Origin: a candidate division WWE3 bacterium RIFCSPHIGHO2_01_FULL_40_23 | GTDB lineage: Bacteria; Patescibacteriota; WWE3; UBA101185; 2-01-FULL-41-18 | Reading direction: 5' to 3' | Length of the DNA: 64,000 nucleotides | Assembly (NCBI GenBank): GCA_001772615.1 | Contig: MEUZ01000003.1 | Coordinates: 350,433-414,432 of the forward strand | Shown here: one piece after another, positions 9,649-19,045 of the stretch | Numbering within the stretch: the stretch's first letter is position 1 | Layout: each line of letters starts with the position of its first letter | Position numbers and translations under genes: made by a program | Notes under the pieces: generated by a model | What the model was told of the DNA's origin: nothing | Seen by the model: only the letters and a program-made list of their open reading frames with translations | The model's database searches: none

Positions 9649-10938
9649 ATGCTTTCTCTGATAATCGTTAAGGCCGTGCTTATCTGTATCCGCACATTTA
9701 CAAAATATTCCGGTACTGCTCTTCCCGGTCTCATTGTAGAAACCTACTTTCCCAAAACCTTTGAAAAACTTTTAAGAAATATAAAGCACATGGTTCTTGT
9801 TACAGGAACAAACGGCAAAACCACAACTTCAAGAATGCTTTGCCATCTGCTTAAAAAAAATAATGTGGGTTTTATTTCAAATCCGAGTGGTTCCAATTTA
9901 TTAAGAGGGATTGCATCAACTCTAGCCGAAAATTCGGACATTGCAGGAAATATAAAAACTAATCTGGCTGTTTTTGAGATAGAGGAGGCAAGTCTTCCGA
10001 AACTTACAGGTATAATAAGGCCCGACATAATTATCGTAACAAACATTTTCCGGGACCAGCTTGATGCATACGGTGAAATTGACAAAACGTACCAATACCT
10101 AAAAGAGGGCATAGAAAAATCCGATAACCCAAGATTAATCCTAAACGCGGATGATGAAAGGGTGAGAAGCTTAAGAAATTTTTCAAAAAATGAGGTGGAT
10201 CTTATTTCTTTTGAAAAAGCTTACCTAAGGCATATAAAATTTGAGAATAGAGAAAGTAAAAATACTGCCACCAATATTAAAGCATGTGAGATTAGAAATG
10301 TTGAGGTTCATAAGGACTTAGGTATTTCCTTTGATCTTTCTTACGGTGAAGGAAAAATTAAAAAGATTGCAACTTTATCCCCCGGTTTTCATAACGCTTT
10401 TAACGCATCGGCCGCTATTATCAGCTTTGACTCTCTCTCAAAACTTGGGGTAGTTAAAGCTAATAAACCTGATACCAGCTTAAGCGATTTCAAACCCCCA
10501 TTTGGAAGAGGCGAAATTATTAAGGTAGGAAATACTAAATTTCAGATCCTTCTTTTTAAAAATCCTGCCGGAGCAAACCTTAATCTTCATCTTCTTGAAA
10601 GTGTACAGAAGCGTGAAGCGGTATTTTTAATTCTTAATGACAACACGGCAGACGGGAAAGATGTTTCATGGATCTGGGATTGCGATTTCACTCTTTTGAA
10701 AAATCTTAACTTCAAAAACGTTTACATCTCGGGAACAAGAGCCTTTGATCTGGCCTTAAGGCTAAAGTATGAAGGAATTGAAGTTTCCCAAGTAGATGGG
10801 AACGCACATAAAATACTTGATTTAATTCTTAAAGAAAACTTTGATATGGTGTATGTACTTCCAACCTACACAGCAATGCTTTCAGTCAGGGGTTTACTAT
10901 CACAACATACTGGAGTTAAAGAAATTTGGAAACACTAA
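9649..10938 (+). CDS. murT: Lipid II isoglutaminyl synthase subunit MurT (Mur ligase + DUF1727)
   Basis: VTGTNGKTTT, NIFRDQLD.YGE, KNPAG, ADGKDVSWIWD, PTYTAML. Confidence 0.92.
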   Translation: MLSLIIVKAVLICIRTFTKYSGTALPGLIVETYFPKTFEKLLRNIKHMVLVTGTNGKTTTSRMLCHLLKKNNVGFISNPSGSNLLRGIASTLAENSDIAGNIKTNLAVFEIEEASLPKLTGIIRPDIIIVTNIFRDQLDAYGEIDKTYQYLKEGIEKSDNPRLILNADDERVRSLRNFSKNEVDLISFEKAYLRHIKFENRESKNTATNIKACEIRNVEVHKDLGISFDLSYGEGKIKKIATLSPGFHNAFNASAAIISFDSLSKLGVVKANKPDTSLSDFKPPFGRGEIIKVGNTKFQILLFKNPAGANLNLHLLESVQKREAVFLILNDNTADGKDVSWIWDCDFTLLKNLNFKNVYISGTRAFDLALRLKYEGIEVSQVDGNAHKILDLILKENFDMVYVLPTYTAMLSVRGLLSQHTGVKEIWKH

Positions 10939-10951
10939 GGAGAATAAGGGT

Positions 10952-11716
10952 ATGAACCTAAAACTAAACCACTTATATTCCCAAAACCTTAACATTTACG
11001 GAGATCTTGGAAATATTATTGCCTTTAAATACAAGGCAGAAAAAGCGGGGATAAACCTTTATGTGTCTCACACAGAAATCGGTGAAGAAATAAGCGAAGC
11101 CGATATTTACTTTATAGGAGGCGGGCAGGATCAAGACCAAATCCTGGTCTATGAGGATCTTCTTAGACACAAAGGCTTCATCCTAAATGAAGTTGAGAAA
11201 GGCAAAGTTTTTCTTCTTATTTGTGGAGGCTACCAGCTTTTTGGCAAATACTTTGTGGATGGAGAGGGGAATGCGCTAAAGGGGCTTTCCATTCTTGATC
11301 TTGAAACTAACTCACCGGATAGCAAAGTTTCATCCCGCTGCATTGGAAATATTGTTGCTCAATTAAACAGTGGGTTTATTAAACACTGGGACGTTGATGC
11401 ATCTTTTTCAAAATACATAGTTGGTTTTGAAAATCACGGAGGGCAAACTAAACTTCTAACTGACCAGGTTAAACCGATTGGAGAGGTAATCAAGGGCTTT
11501 GGCAATAACTCAACCGACAAAGTTGAAGGCTGTTTTTACAAAAACATCATCGGATCATATATGCATGGGTCCTTCCTTCCCAAAAACCCCCACATCACAA
11601 ACGCCATTTTAAAAAAAGCCCTCTTGCAAAAGTACAATGATGTAACTTTTGAAAACCTCTATGAAGGGGAGGAAAAGAAAGCTCATCAACTGATCCTCAT
11701 GAGATCTGGATTTTAA
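10952..11716 (+). CDS. gatD: Glutamine amidotransferase GatD (CobQ-like)
   Basis: NIYGDLGN, GGGQD, ICGGYQL, GFENHGG, SYMHGSFLPKNP; adjacent to murT. Confidence 0.92.
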   Translation: MNLKLNHLYSQNLNIYGDLGNIIAFKYKAEKAGINLYVSHTEIGEEISEADIYFIGGGQDQDQILVYEDLLRHKGFILNEVEKGKVFLLICGGYQLFGKYFVDGEGNALKGLSILDLETNSPDSKVSSRCIGNIVAQLNSGFIKHWDVDASFSKYIVGFENHGGQTKLLTDQVKPIGEVIKGFGNNSTDKVEGCFYKNIIGSYMHGSFLPKNPHITNAILKKALLQKYNDVTFENLYEGEEKKAHQLILMRSGF

Positions 11717-11729
11717 AGCCGTAAGAGAA

Positions 11730-12797
11730 TCAAATAGTTCCTCGGGGCAAGTAATTCTTTAAATTCTGGGCGTTAATATTAACCGATTTGCTTTTACCCT
11801 CCACAATCTCTCTAGCAACTTTTCTTGCTATTGCTTCAAGGGTTCTATTTAAACTTCTGATACCGGAATCAAAACCCAAAGGTCTTATGACCTGCCCCCA
11901 AAGACCGGGATCAATTGTAAGATCCTCCTTTGTCAGTCCCGCGTTAGCTAAAACTTTAGGCAAAAGATAGTCCCTGGCGATAACCTCCTTTTCATAATCC
12001 GTGTATGAAGGCATTTTTATAATCTCCATTCTGTCAAGAAGCGCCGTAGATAAAGTCCCAAGCCCGTTTGCACTGCAGACAAACAAAACTTCAGATAAAT
12101 CAACGGGATAATCAATATAATGATCCCTGAAAGAAGTGTTTTGATTAGGGTCCAAAATTTCAAGAAGGGTTGCCATCACATCCTGTCTTAACCCAGTCTC
12201 ACCGCTTGACTTGTCTATTTCATCAAGAAGGATCAAAGGGTTCATTACACCTGATCTTACCAAAGCTTTTATAATCTGGCCCGGCTCCGCTTCAGGAAAG
12301 ACTTTACTTCTTCCTCTTAACTCCAGTACGGAGCCAATACCTCCCATTGCAATCCTTACAAACTTTCTGCCAAGAGCATCCGCAAGAGATATGGCAAAAG
12401 TAGTTTTCCCGATGCCCTGCAGACCTACAAACAAAAGTATCGGAGATTTTGAAATCGCTTCCTTTACTGATCTTCCCTTAAGTATCGCGGTTGATAAATA
12501 CTCAAGTATTCTATCCTTCACTTCCTCAAGCCCAAAATGATTGGCATCAAGAAGCTTTTTAGTCGCAGAAAGATCAAGATTGTCGGTCGTTCTTTTGCTC
12601 CAGGGGATGCTGACAAGAATATCAATATATCTTGCCAAAGTGTCATACCCTTCGGTATAACCCCCAAGCTTTGCCATCCTGTTAAGACGGTCAAGCATCC
12701 CTTTTACTCTTTTTAAAAGTTCAGGGGGCATCCCGACCGAAGTATTTACCCGATCCGAAAGTTCCTTAAGTTCCTCAAAAACAAATTCTTCTGCCAT
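11730..12797 (-). CDS. Lon-family AAA+ ATPase lacking the N-terminal and protease domains
   Basis: HFGLEEVKDRILEYL, GLQGIGKT, LLDEIDK, LLEILDP.QN..F.DHY; ends right after the AAA small domain (355 aa). Confidence 0.85.
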   Translation of the reverse strand: MAEEFVFEELKELSDRVNTSVGMPPELLKRVKGMLDRLNRMAKLGGYTEGYDTLARYIDILVSIPWSKRTTDNLDLSATKKLLDANHFGLEEVKDRILEYLSTAILKGRSVKEAISKSPILLFVGLQGIGKTTFAISLADALGRKFVRIAMGGIGSVLELRGRSKVFPEAEPGQIIKALVRSGVMNPLILLDEIDKSSGETGLRQDVMATLLEILDPNQNTSFRDHYIDYPVDLSEVLFVCSANGLGTLSTALLDRMEIIKMPSYTDYEKEVIARDYLLPKVLANAGLTKEDLTIDPGLWGQVIRPLGFDSGIRSLNRTLEAIARKVAREIVEGKSKSVNINAQNLKNYLPRGTI

Positions 12798-12803
12798 AAA
12801 TGC

Positions 12804-13739
12804 CTAATTTAATACGTAACTATTCTTATTTCTTTTAACCATCACATCAACAATTTCCGAAAACCTGGATTTATATAAAGGACTTTTCTTTAACTCTGAA
12901 AGATCCTCGCTTGCCGATTCAGTTAGCAGAAGGATAAGAAGCTTTCCCTGCGAGGGAACGGAGTTTTTTGCGGTTGCGTACTTTGAATTTAATGAAAAAC
13001 TTAAAATGGTCTTGCCCTTTGCTCTTTTTACATCCTCAAAAACTTCCGAGTCATTTGAGACAACCAAATAATCATCAACAAGCCGCGCTGAAAAACTGGA
13101 CTCTTTTGTAGCTTCCGCAAGAACACTTAGCTTTTCATTATTCTTGGCCTTTGATAAAAATCCCCATACTCTTTTTCGGCCGGAGCCATTCTTATCCTTA
13201 ATTCTTGAGAATATTACATACTGTCTATCAAGAAGAGTTTCGACATCAGACAGCTTAAGGTCGGTTTTTGGAACCGATGTGGAAAGCGGTAAATTCGTAA
13301 AAGAAGATAAAAATTTAGAAATATCAAATCCCTCCACATACAAATCAACATCGGGCGGAATCAGAGAAGATAGGGACTGATTGCCAAATGAGGCAAGGGG
13401 AAGATCAGCGTCCGTTTTTAATATCCTCTCATCAACCAAGACCTCTTTAACGGGAGTGCTTCTTTTTTTTGTGATTGCATTAAGCCTTGATAAAAACATA
13501 GCCGAAGCAGTTAAAAGGATAATTACCAAAATGAAAACGATGTAAGAAGTTTTAAGTTTTAAAATATCTTTTGAGAATTCTTCCTTAACAATAAAAAGCG
13601 GGGGTGTTAAATGACCTTTAAGGTAAGTCCTGACATCGGCTGAGGTTAGCTCCTGCGGAAGCTTCGCACCGCATCTGAAACAAAAGTAATTACCGACAAT
13701 TCCAAGTCCTTCTCTGCAAACAGGGCAGGTTCTTTCCAT
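12804..13739 (-). CDS. Hypothetical protein: zinc ribbon, one TM, extracytoplasmic domain
   Basis: CPVC..CFRC at the N-terminus, hydrophobic stretch at about aa 67-85. Confidence 0.7.
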   Translation of the reverse strand: MERTCPVCREGLGIVGNYFCFRCGAKLPQELTSADVRTYLKGHLTPPLFIVKEEFSKDILKLKTSYIVFILVIILLTASAMFLSRLNAITKKRSTPVKEVLVDERILKTDADLPLASFGNQSLSSLIPPDVDLYVEGFDISKFLSSFTNLPLSTSVPKTDLKLSDVETLLDRQYVIFSRIKDKNGSGRKRVWGFLSKAKNNEKLSVLAEATKESSFSARLVDDYLVVSNDSEVFEDVKRAKGKTILSFSLNSKYATAKNSVPSQGKLLILLLTESASEDLSELKKSPLYKSRFSEIVDVMVKRNKNSYVLN

Positions 13740-13798
13740 AAGAGTATTCTAACAAAGACGAAGAGACCAACAAATAGACTTAAGTTACGATCAAAACC

Positions 13799-15988
13799 TC
13801 AGCGCCTTGGAGGCCTTCCGCCAAAACCTCTTCTTCTATTGTCATCAAAGTTTCGCCTTCTTTCAAAACCGCCCTTCGTATTACCTCCATTCTCACTTAA
13901 CGTTTTTTTGGAAAGGCTTATCTTGCCCGAAGAAGGATCAACATCCAAAACCTTTACAGTAACCTTATCTCCTTCCTTTAACACATCTCTTACATTGGTC
14001 ACATACTCATTTGAAAGTTCGCTCACATGAACAAGACCTTCTTTCCCGGGGGAAATCTCCACAACGGCGCCAAAATCAAGGATCTTTTTTACTGTACCCT
14101 CGTAAACTTCACCGGGCATAATAACCCTGGTTAATGCTTCTACCATTGACTTTGCCTTATCCATACCCTCGGATGAAGGAGCGGAAATTGAAATAGTTCC
14201 GTCATCCTCAATCCCAAGCGTTGCACCTGTTTTTGACTCAATATCTCTAATTGTCTTCCCTCCGCTTCCAATGACAAGCCCTATCTGTTCAGGCTTAATT
14301 TTTATGGTGATCATTTTAGGAGCATACTCGCTAAGAGCAGTCCTTGGAGATGGTATAGCCTCATACATTTTGTCAAGAATTTTAAGTCTTGCTCTTTTTG
14401 ACTGCTCAACAATTTTTGGAAGAAGGTCCAAAGGAACTCCTTTAGTCAGCTTGATATCAACCTGAACGGAGGTCACACCTTCTCTTGTACCAGTCATCTT
14501 AAAATCCATAAAACCGTAAGCATCTTCCCTGTACGCTATATCGGTTAAAATCACAAACTCTGTTTCTTCCTCGTTTGCAATAAGTCCTATGGCAATTCCG
14601 GCAACGTGACCTTTTATCGGAACCCCTGCATCCATTAACGCTAAAGAAGAACCGCAGGTGGAGGCCATAGATGACGAACCGCTTTGAGATAACACCTCGC
14701 TTACAAGCCTTACCATATAAGGAAATATGCTCTTATCAGGAAGAACAGGATACATAGCTTTTTCGGCAAGCATCCCATGACCGATTTCACGCCCGCCGGG
14801 CGCTCCTCCAAGCCTTTTGGCAAGCTCCCCGACCGAATATTGAGGCGCGTTGTAATGGTGTATATATCTTTTTGATTCCTCGCCGTACATACTTTGAATT
14901 AACTGTTCCAAAGAAGGAGAGCCAAGCGTGACAACCGTCAAAGCCTGCGTCAGGCCTCTTGTAAATAAGGCACTTCCGTGTGTTCTTGGAAGGACCGAAA
15001 GCTCAACCTGCACATCTCTTATATCCTCAACACCTCTTCCATCAGATCTTTTCTTTTCCTCCAACACAAGATGGCGCATCTCATCGGTTTCAACTTTGTA
15101 AAATGCTCTTGCCATTTCATTTTTCGTATATTTTCCTTCAAAAGCGTTAAAAAGTTCCTCCAAAAGTATCTGCTCTTCAGCCTGCATTTCGGTTTTTTCA
15201 AGATTCTTCTGCATCATCTCCCTAACCCTTTTTCCTATTGTGTTTCTTACATCCGTTACAAGCTCTGAAGGCAAGGCTTTTGACACATACAAATACTTAT
15301 CATTCCCAACCTCACTTGCAAACTCTTTAAGAAAAGAGGAAAGATCTTTTGTATTTTCATTTACAAAATTAACGGCTTCCACAATCTTTTCTTCCGAAAG
15401 ATCGGAACATTGTGCCTCCATCGCAAGAAATTTCTCATTTATTAAGGAGACCACAAGATCCATCGTGGATTCATCCAAAGCCTCAACTGAAGGGTTTAAA
15501 ATAAAGTTTCCCTCTTTATCTATTCCGACTCTTGAGGTGACCATAGGGCCGTTCCAAGGAATATCGGATGAGTGAAGCGCAGCCGAGGTCGCAATCATTG
15601 CGAGGACTTCGGGGTCTGAATCCTTGTCAATTGACAAAACCGTAACCACAACGTTTATTTCATCCTGATAATCCTTAGGGAATAAAGGGCGTATGGCGTG
15701 GTCTATCAGCCTGCCTGCAATTCTTGCTTGATCAGTGGGTGCACCTTCTCTTTTAACCCACCTTGAAGATTTTATTAAACCCCCCGCGTAAAGCTTTTCT
15801 TCATAGTTTACTGTCAAGGGAAGAAAGTCTACCTCGGTTTTAGGGGTTCCTGAAACCACCGCTGCAATGACAACGGTGTCACCCCATCTCGCGTAAACCG
15901 CGCTATTTGCCTGCTTTGCAAGCTTTCCGGTCTCAAGGCTTAAAGACCTTCCCGAAAACATCATTTCTTTTTTTACATATTTATTCAT
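13799..15988 (-). CDS. pnp: Polyribonucleotide nucleotidyltransferase
   Basis: ETGKLAKQA, RTHGSALFTRG.TQ, REIGHG, GSSSMASTCG, MDFK, KH and S1 domains. Confidence 0.97.
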   Translation of the reverse strand: MNKYVKKEMMFSGRSLSLETGKLAKQANSAVYARWGDTVVIAAVVSGTPKTEVDFLPLTVNYEEKLYAGGLIKSSRWVKREGAPTDQARIAGRLIDHAIRPLFPKDYQDEINVVVTVLSIDKDSDPEVLAMIATSAALHSSDIPWNGPMVTSRVGIDKEGNFILNPSVEALDESTMDLVVSLINEKFLAMEAQCSDLSEEKIVEAVNFVNENTKDLSSFLKEFASEVGNDKYLYVSKALPSELVTDVRNTIGKRVREMMQKNLEKTEMQAEEQILLEELFNAFEGKYTKNEMARAFYKVETDEMRHLVLEEKKRSDGRGVEDIRDVQVELSVLPRTHGSALFTRGLTQALTVVTLGSPSLEQLIQSMYGEESKRYIHHYNAPQYSVGELAKRLGGAPGGREIGHGMLAEKAMYPVLPDKSIFPYMVRLVSEVLSQSGSSSMASTCGSSLALMDAGVPIKGHVAGIAIGLIANEEETEFVILTDIAYREDAYGFMDFKMTGTREGVTSVQVDIKLTKGVPLDLLPKIVEQSKRARLKILDKMYEAIPSPRTALSEYAPKMITIKIKPEQIGLVIGSGGKTIRDIESKTGATLGIEDDGTISISAPSSEGMDKAKSMVEALTRVIMPGEVYEGTVKKILDFGAVVEISPGKEGLVHVSELSNEYVTNVRDVLKEGDKVTVKVLDVDPSSGKISLSKKTLSENGGNTKGGFERRRNFDDNRRRGFGGRPPRR

Positions 15989-16018
15989 TTTTAACTCGGG
16001 AAAATAAAGTTTAGAGTC

Positions 16019-16081
16019 AAGAGTAAGAGGCCTAAATCCGGATGCAACAAAGTTACATTCAGGTTTGCACCTCCTATCTTA
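16019..16081 (-). promoter_or_regulatory. Long imperfect stem-loop in the rpsO-pnp intergenic leader (possible RNase III processing site)
   Basis: Minus strand GAGG..AAACCTGAATGTAAC-TTT-GTTGCATCCGGATTT..CCTC pairs, with G-U pairs. Confidence 0.5.
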
Positions 16082-16102
16082 GTAAGTCTTAACGGTAATA
16101 CT

Positions 16103-16372
16103 TTATTTCTCCAGTTTTAACTTTTCTACTATTTTTTTGTATCTCTCCTCATCCTTCTTCTTAAGATAAAGAAGGAGTCTTCTCCTTTTATTGACCATCT
16201 GCAAAAGCCCTCTTCTTGAGTGTACATCTTTTTTATGATCTTTAAGATGGGTTGAAAGGGAGTTTATCCTTTCGGTTAAAAGAGCAACCTGCACCTCTGG
16301 TGATCCCGTATCGCCTTTATGCGTCTTGTAGGATTCTATGATTTTGGTCTTTTTCTCTTTAACAAGCGTCAT
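16103..16372 (-). CDS. rpsO: 30S ribosomal protein S15
   Basis: [24 protein letters not shown]. Confidence 0.98.
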   Translation of the reverse strand: MTLVKEKKTKIIESYKTHKGDTGSPEVQVALLTERINSLSTHLKDHKKDVHSRRGLLQMVNKRRRLLLYLKKKDEERYKKIVEKLKLEK

Positions 16373-16430
16373 ATCTTACTGTTATTGTAGCAACAAAAAC
16401 CTACAATGGCAACCGAAACAAATGGGAAAT

Positions 16431-17093
16431 TTACCTATCTTCCACAGAAGAGGCGTTATAAGTTATACCTGCTAAAAGGGCTTTAGCCGTCTCCTTGTCC
16501 ACTTTATAGTGCCAGGCGGCTAATTTATAAAGAACAAGCTGGCATAAGCCTCCGCTTTCAGGTTCAATCACATTTAAAGTTCCGTAGTTTTCATTCTTTG
16601 TGGAATTATCAATGTTGATTAAAAAAATCTTCTTTATTTCTTCTTTATATTCGTTAAACACTTCCCCGTGATCCGTAAGTTTTGGCGCTCCAATTGAGAT
16701 AACTAGATCATAATCAAAGCCTGCTGTGGAAAAGCCGACTCTTGAAGTGTCAAAATCTTTGGAAACAGGGTGCAGGATAATTTTACAGACATTACCCTCA
16801 ATAACGTAATTTACTTTTTCTATATGAGTTCCTCCATAATCAATGCTGACAACAAGATCCCTTGTCCCCTTAACCGGAGTGACTTCATCTTTAGAAATAA
16901 GATTTACCGCCTCAAACGGAATCGGATAAGGGTACATAAAAGAAACATTTTTCCCGGAGTTTTTCAGCGATCTGTAAAGGGCAATTCCCGCGCATAAACC
17001 GTCCATACCCGAACCTCTGGTGGGAATCACAACAGCGTTTTTAGCCTCATATATTAAATCTGTGACCTGTTTTCCTTCTTTTAGTACAAGCAT
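16431..17093 (-). CDS. Degenerate DHH-family (NrnA-like) protein, N-terminal domain only
   Basis: DG.CA..AL, INIDNS where IDHH is expected, NENYG.LN; position downstream of infB. Confidence 0.6.
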   Translation of the reverse strand: MLVLKEGKQVTDLIYEAKNAVVIPTRGSGMDGLCAGIALYRSLKNSGKNVSFMYPYPIPFEAVNLISKDEVTPVKGTRDLVVSIDYGGTHIEKVNYVIEGNVCKIILHPVSKDFDTSRVGFSTAGFDYDLVISIGAPKLTDHGEVFNEYKEEIKKIFLINIDNSTKNENYGTLNVIEPESGGLCQLVLYKLAAWHYKVDKETAKALLAGITYNASSVEDR

Positions 17094-17259
17094 AAAATTT
17101 GGGCAAGTAACTCACGGTAATATCAGAAATGACAGGGCGAAGAATGAGTGGGGCTTATTTTACCTTGTAAAGACTATAGGGTCAAGCTTAGCTTTTGACT
17201 GTAATCAAATTAAAAGATAGGATGAACGCAAGAGGGGTAAGTTGAGAGGAGAGTTACGT

Positions 17260-17520
17260 ATGGCAAAAAAAACATGGCCAAGGACGCCTGAAGTAAACGA
17301 AATGTTTGTCGTGGCACTGGATCCGGATGAGGCTTATTCGTTTTTCGTTGAGGGCTCATCTGAAGCTGTTGAGCTGGAAAGGGGCACCCATCTTAAGTTC
17401 GTAGGTATACAGAAAACCCCGGGAAGAGGCACCTATTATGTTTTTGCTAACGGGGGCAGGCGATTGGTGATAGAAGATTTCTTAGCGGAAACACACGTTC
17501 ATCCTGTAAGGGAGCAATAA
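17260..17520 (+). CDS. Small orphan protein (cassette-like)
   Basis: TTGACT-17-TAGGAT promoter, GAGGAG SD, terminator downstream. Confidence 0.65.
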   Translation: MAKKTWPRTPEVNEMFVVALDPDEAYSFFVEGSSEAVELERGTHLKFVGIQKTPGRGTYYVFANGGRRLVIEDFLAETHVHPVREQ

Positions 17521-17523
17521 ATC

Positions 17524-17558
17524 AGCCGGGAGAGAAATAAAAGACCTACCCGGCTTTT
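17524..17558 (+). terminator. Intrinsic terminator
   Basis: AGCCGGG...CCCGGCTTTT. Confidence 0.65.
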
Positions 17559-17561
17559 AAC

Positions 17562-19034
17562 TTACAAAACCTCAATTATATCTTTCACTTTAATATCTTT
17601 AAAAATAGGATTTAGAAGAACACCGCACTCAACGTCTTTTCCAACAACATTAACCTCTTCTTTTCCACGCCTTAAGTGCTTTATTTTGGCCGTAAAAATA
17701 GGCTCCTCCGCACTCTCCCTGAAGATTGAAATTTTGGCACCCTGCCTTAAAGCCCCGCCTAAAACTTTGCACCCTGCTACAATATCACCCGATTCAAGAG
17801 GGAATACTTTAAGCACTTCAGCCCTTCCTTTTACTTTAACCTCTTCTTTAAACAAAACCTCTTTAAGAAGGCTCTCAACTTCATCCAGAAGCTTATAAAT
17901 AATGGTGTATGCTCTGACTGTCACTTTCATGCTGTCAGCAAGCTCTAAGACCTTTGAGGGAACTTTAGTATTAAAACCAAAAATTAGACCTTTAGATGAA
18001 TGGGCAAGAAGAACATCGGATTCCGATATATCTCCCGTGGCTTTATGTAAAAATTTAAGCCTGGCTTCGGGAGTCTCAAGCTTCTTTAATGAACCTTCAA
18101 GAGCCTCCAAAGATCCGTGTGCGTCCGCTTTCAAGATTAAATTAATGACCTTTGTAGAGTCTAAAACCTTTTCCTCCTCGGGCACGGTTTCTTTTTTTAC
18201 ATCCAAAAGATCTTTATTCTTAACGCTCACAAAGACTTCACCCGCGGGTGGGACTATAGGGAACCCCAAAACCTCAATGGGATCCGATGGAGTAGCGTCT
18301 TTCACCTGTGTTCCGGTAAAATCAAAAAGAGATCTAACCTTGCCGGAAGTTTTATAGGTGTATATCTCATCGCCCACTTTTAAAGTTCCGTTTTTAATAA
18401 TCGCGGTAAAAAGCGGCCCTTTTTTCGCATCAAGCTTAGACTCAATTATTACCCCTTCCAGATCACCCTTTGGGTCGGCTTTAAGCTCAAGTATTTCGGA
18501 TAAAGCGAGGATTGAGTCTAAAAGCTTATCAACACCCAATCCTGTTTTAGCGGAAACAGGAACACAAATTACGTCACCTCCGAATCCTTCAACCAAAACC
18601 TCATTTTCCGCAAGCTGCTGCTTCACTTTATCGGGATTTGCCTGCGGGAGATCCATTTTATTTATAGCAACAATAATTTGGGAGTTTGCCGCTTTCGCGT
18701 GTGAAATAGCCTCTTTAGTTTGAGGCATAACACCGTCATCACCCGAAACTACGAGAATAACAATATCCGAAACCTTCCCCCCTCTTCCCCTCATTTTGGC
18801 AAAAGCCTCATGCCCGGGAGTGTCAATAAAAGTTATTTTCCTATCCTTATATATAACCTGATAAGCGCCTATTTTCTGCGTAATGCCACCGTGCTCGCCC
18901 TCGGCTACTTTTGACTTACGAATATAATCTAAAAGGGAAGTTTTTCCATGGTCAACATGACCCATCACAGCTACAACTGGAGGCCTTATAAAAGGGTATT
19001 CTTTTTTTGAGGTTAAAGCACTTTCTTTTTTCAT
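17562..19034 (-). CDS. infB: Translation initiation factor IF-2 (short, no N-terminal domain)
   Basis: RPPVVAVMGHVDHGKTSLLD, GGITQKIGAY, DTPGHEAF. Confidence 0.97.
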   Translation of the reverse strand: MKKESALTSKKEYPFIRPPVVAVMGHVDHGKTSLLDYIRKSKVAEGEHGGITQKIGAYQVIYKDRKITFIDTPGHEAFAKMRGRGGKVSDIVILVVSGDDGVMPQTKEAISHAKAANSQIIVAINKMDLPQANPDKVKQQLAENEVLVEGFGGDVICVPVSAKTGLGVDKLLDSILALSEILELKADPKGDLEGVIIESKLDAKKGPLFTAIIKNGTLKVGDEIYTYKTSGKVRSLFDFTGTQVKDATPSDPIEVLGFPIVPPAGEVFVSVKNKDLLDVKKETVPEEEKVLDSTKVINLILKADAHGSLEALEGSLKKLETPEARLKFLHKATGDISESDVLLAHSSKGLIFGFNTKVPSKVLELADSMKVTVRAYTIIYKLLDEVESLLKEVLFKEEVKVKGRAEVLKVFPLESGDIVAGCKVLGGALRQGAKISIFRESAEEPIFTAKIKHLRRGKEEVNVVGKDVECGVLLNPIFKDIKVKDIIEVL

Positions 19035-19045
19035 TTGCTTTCTTT

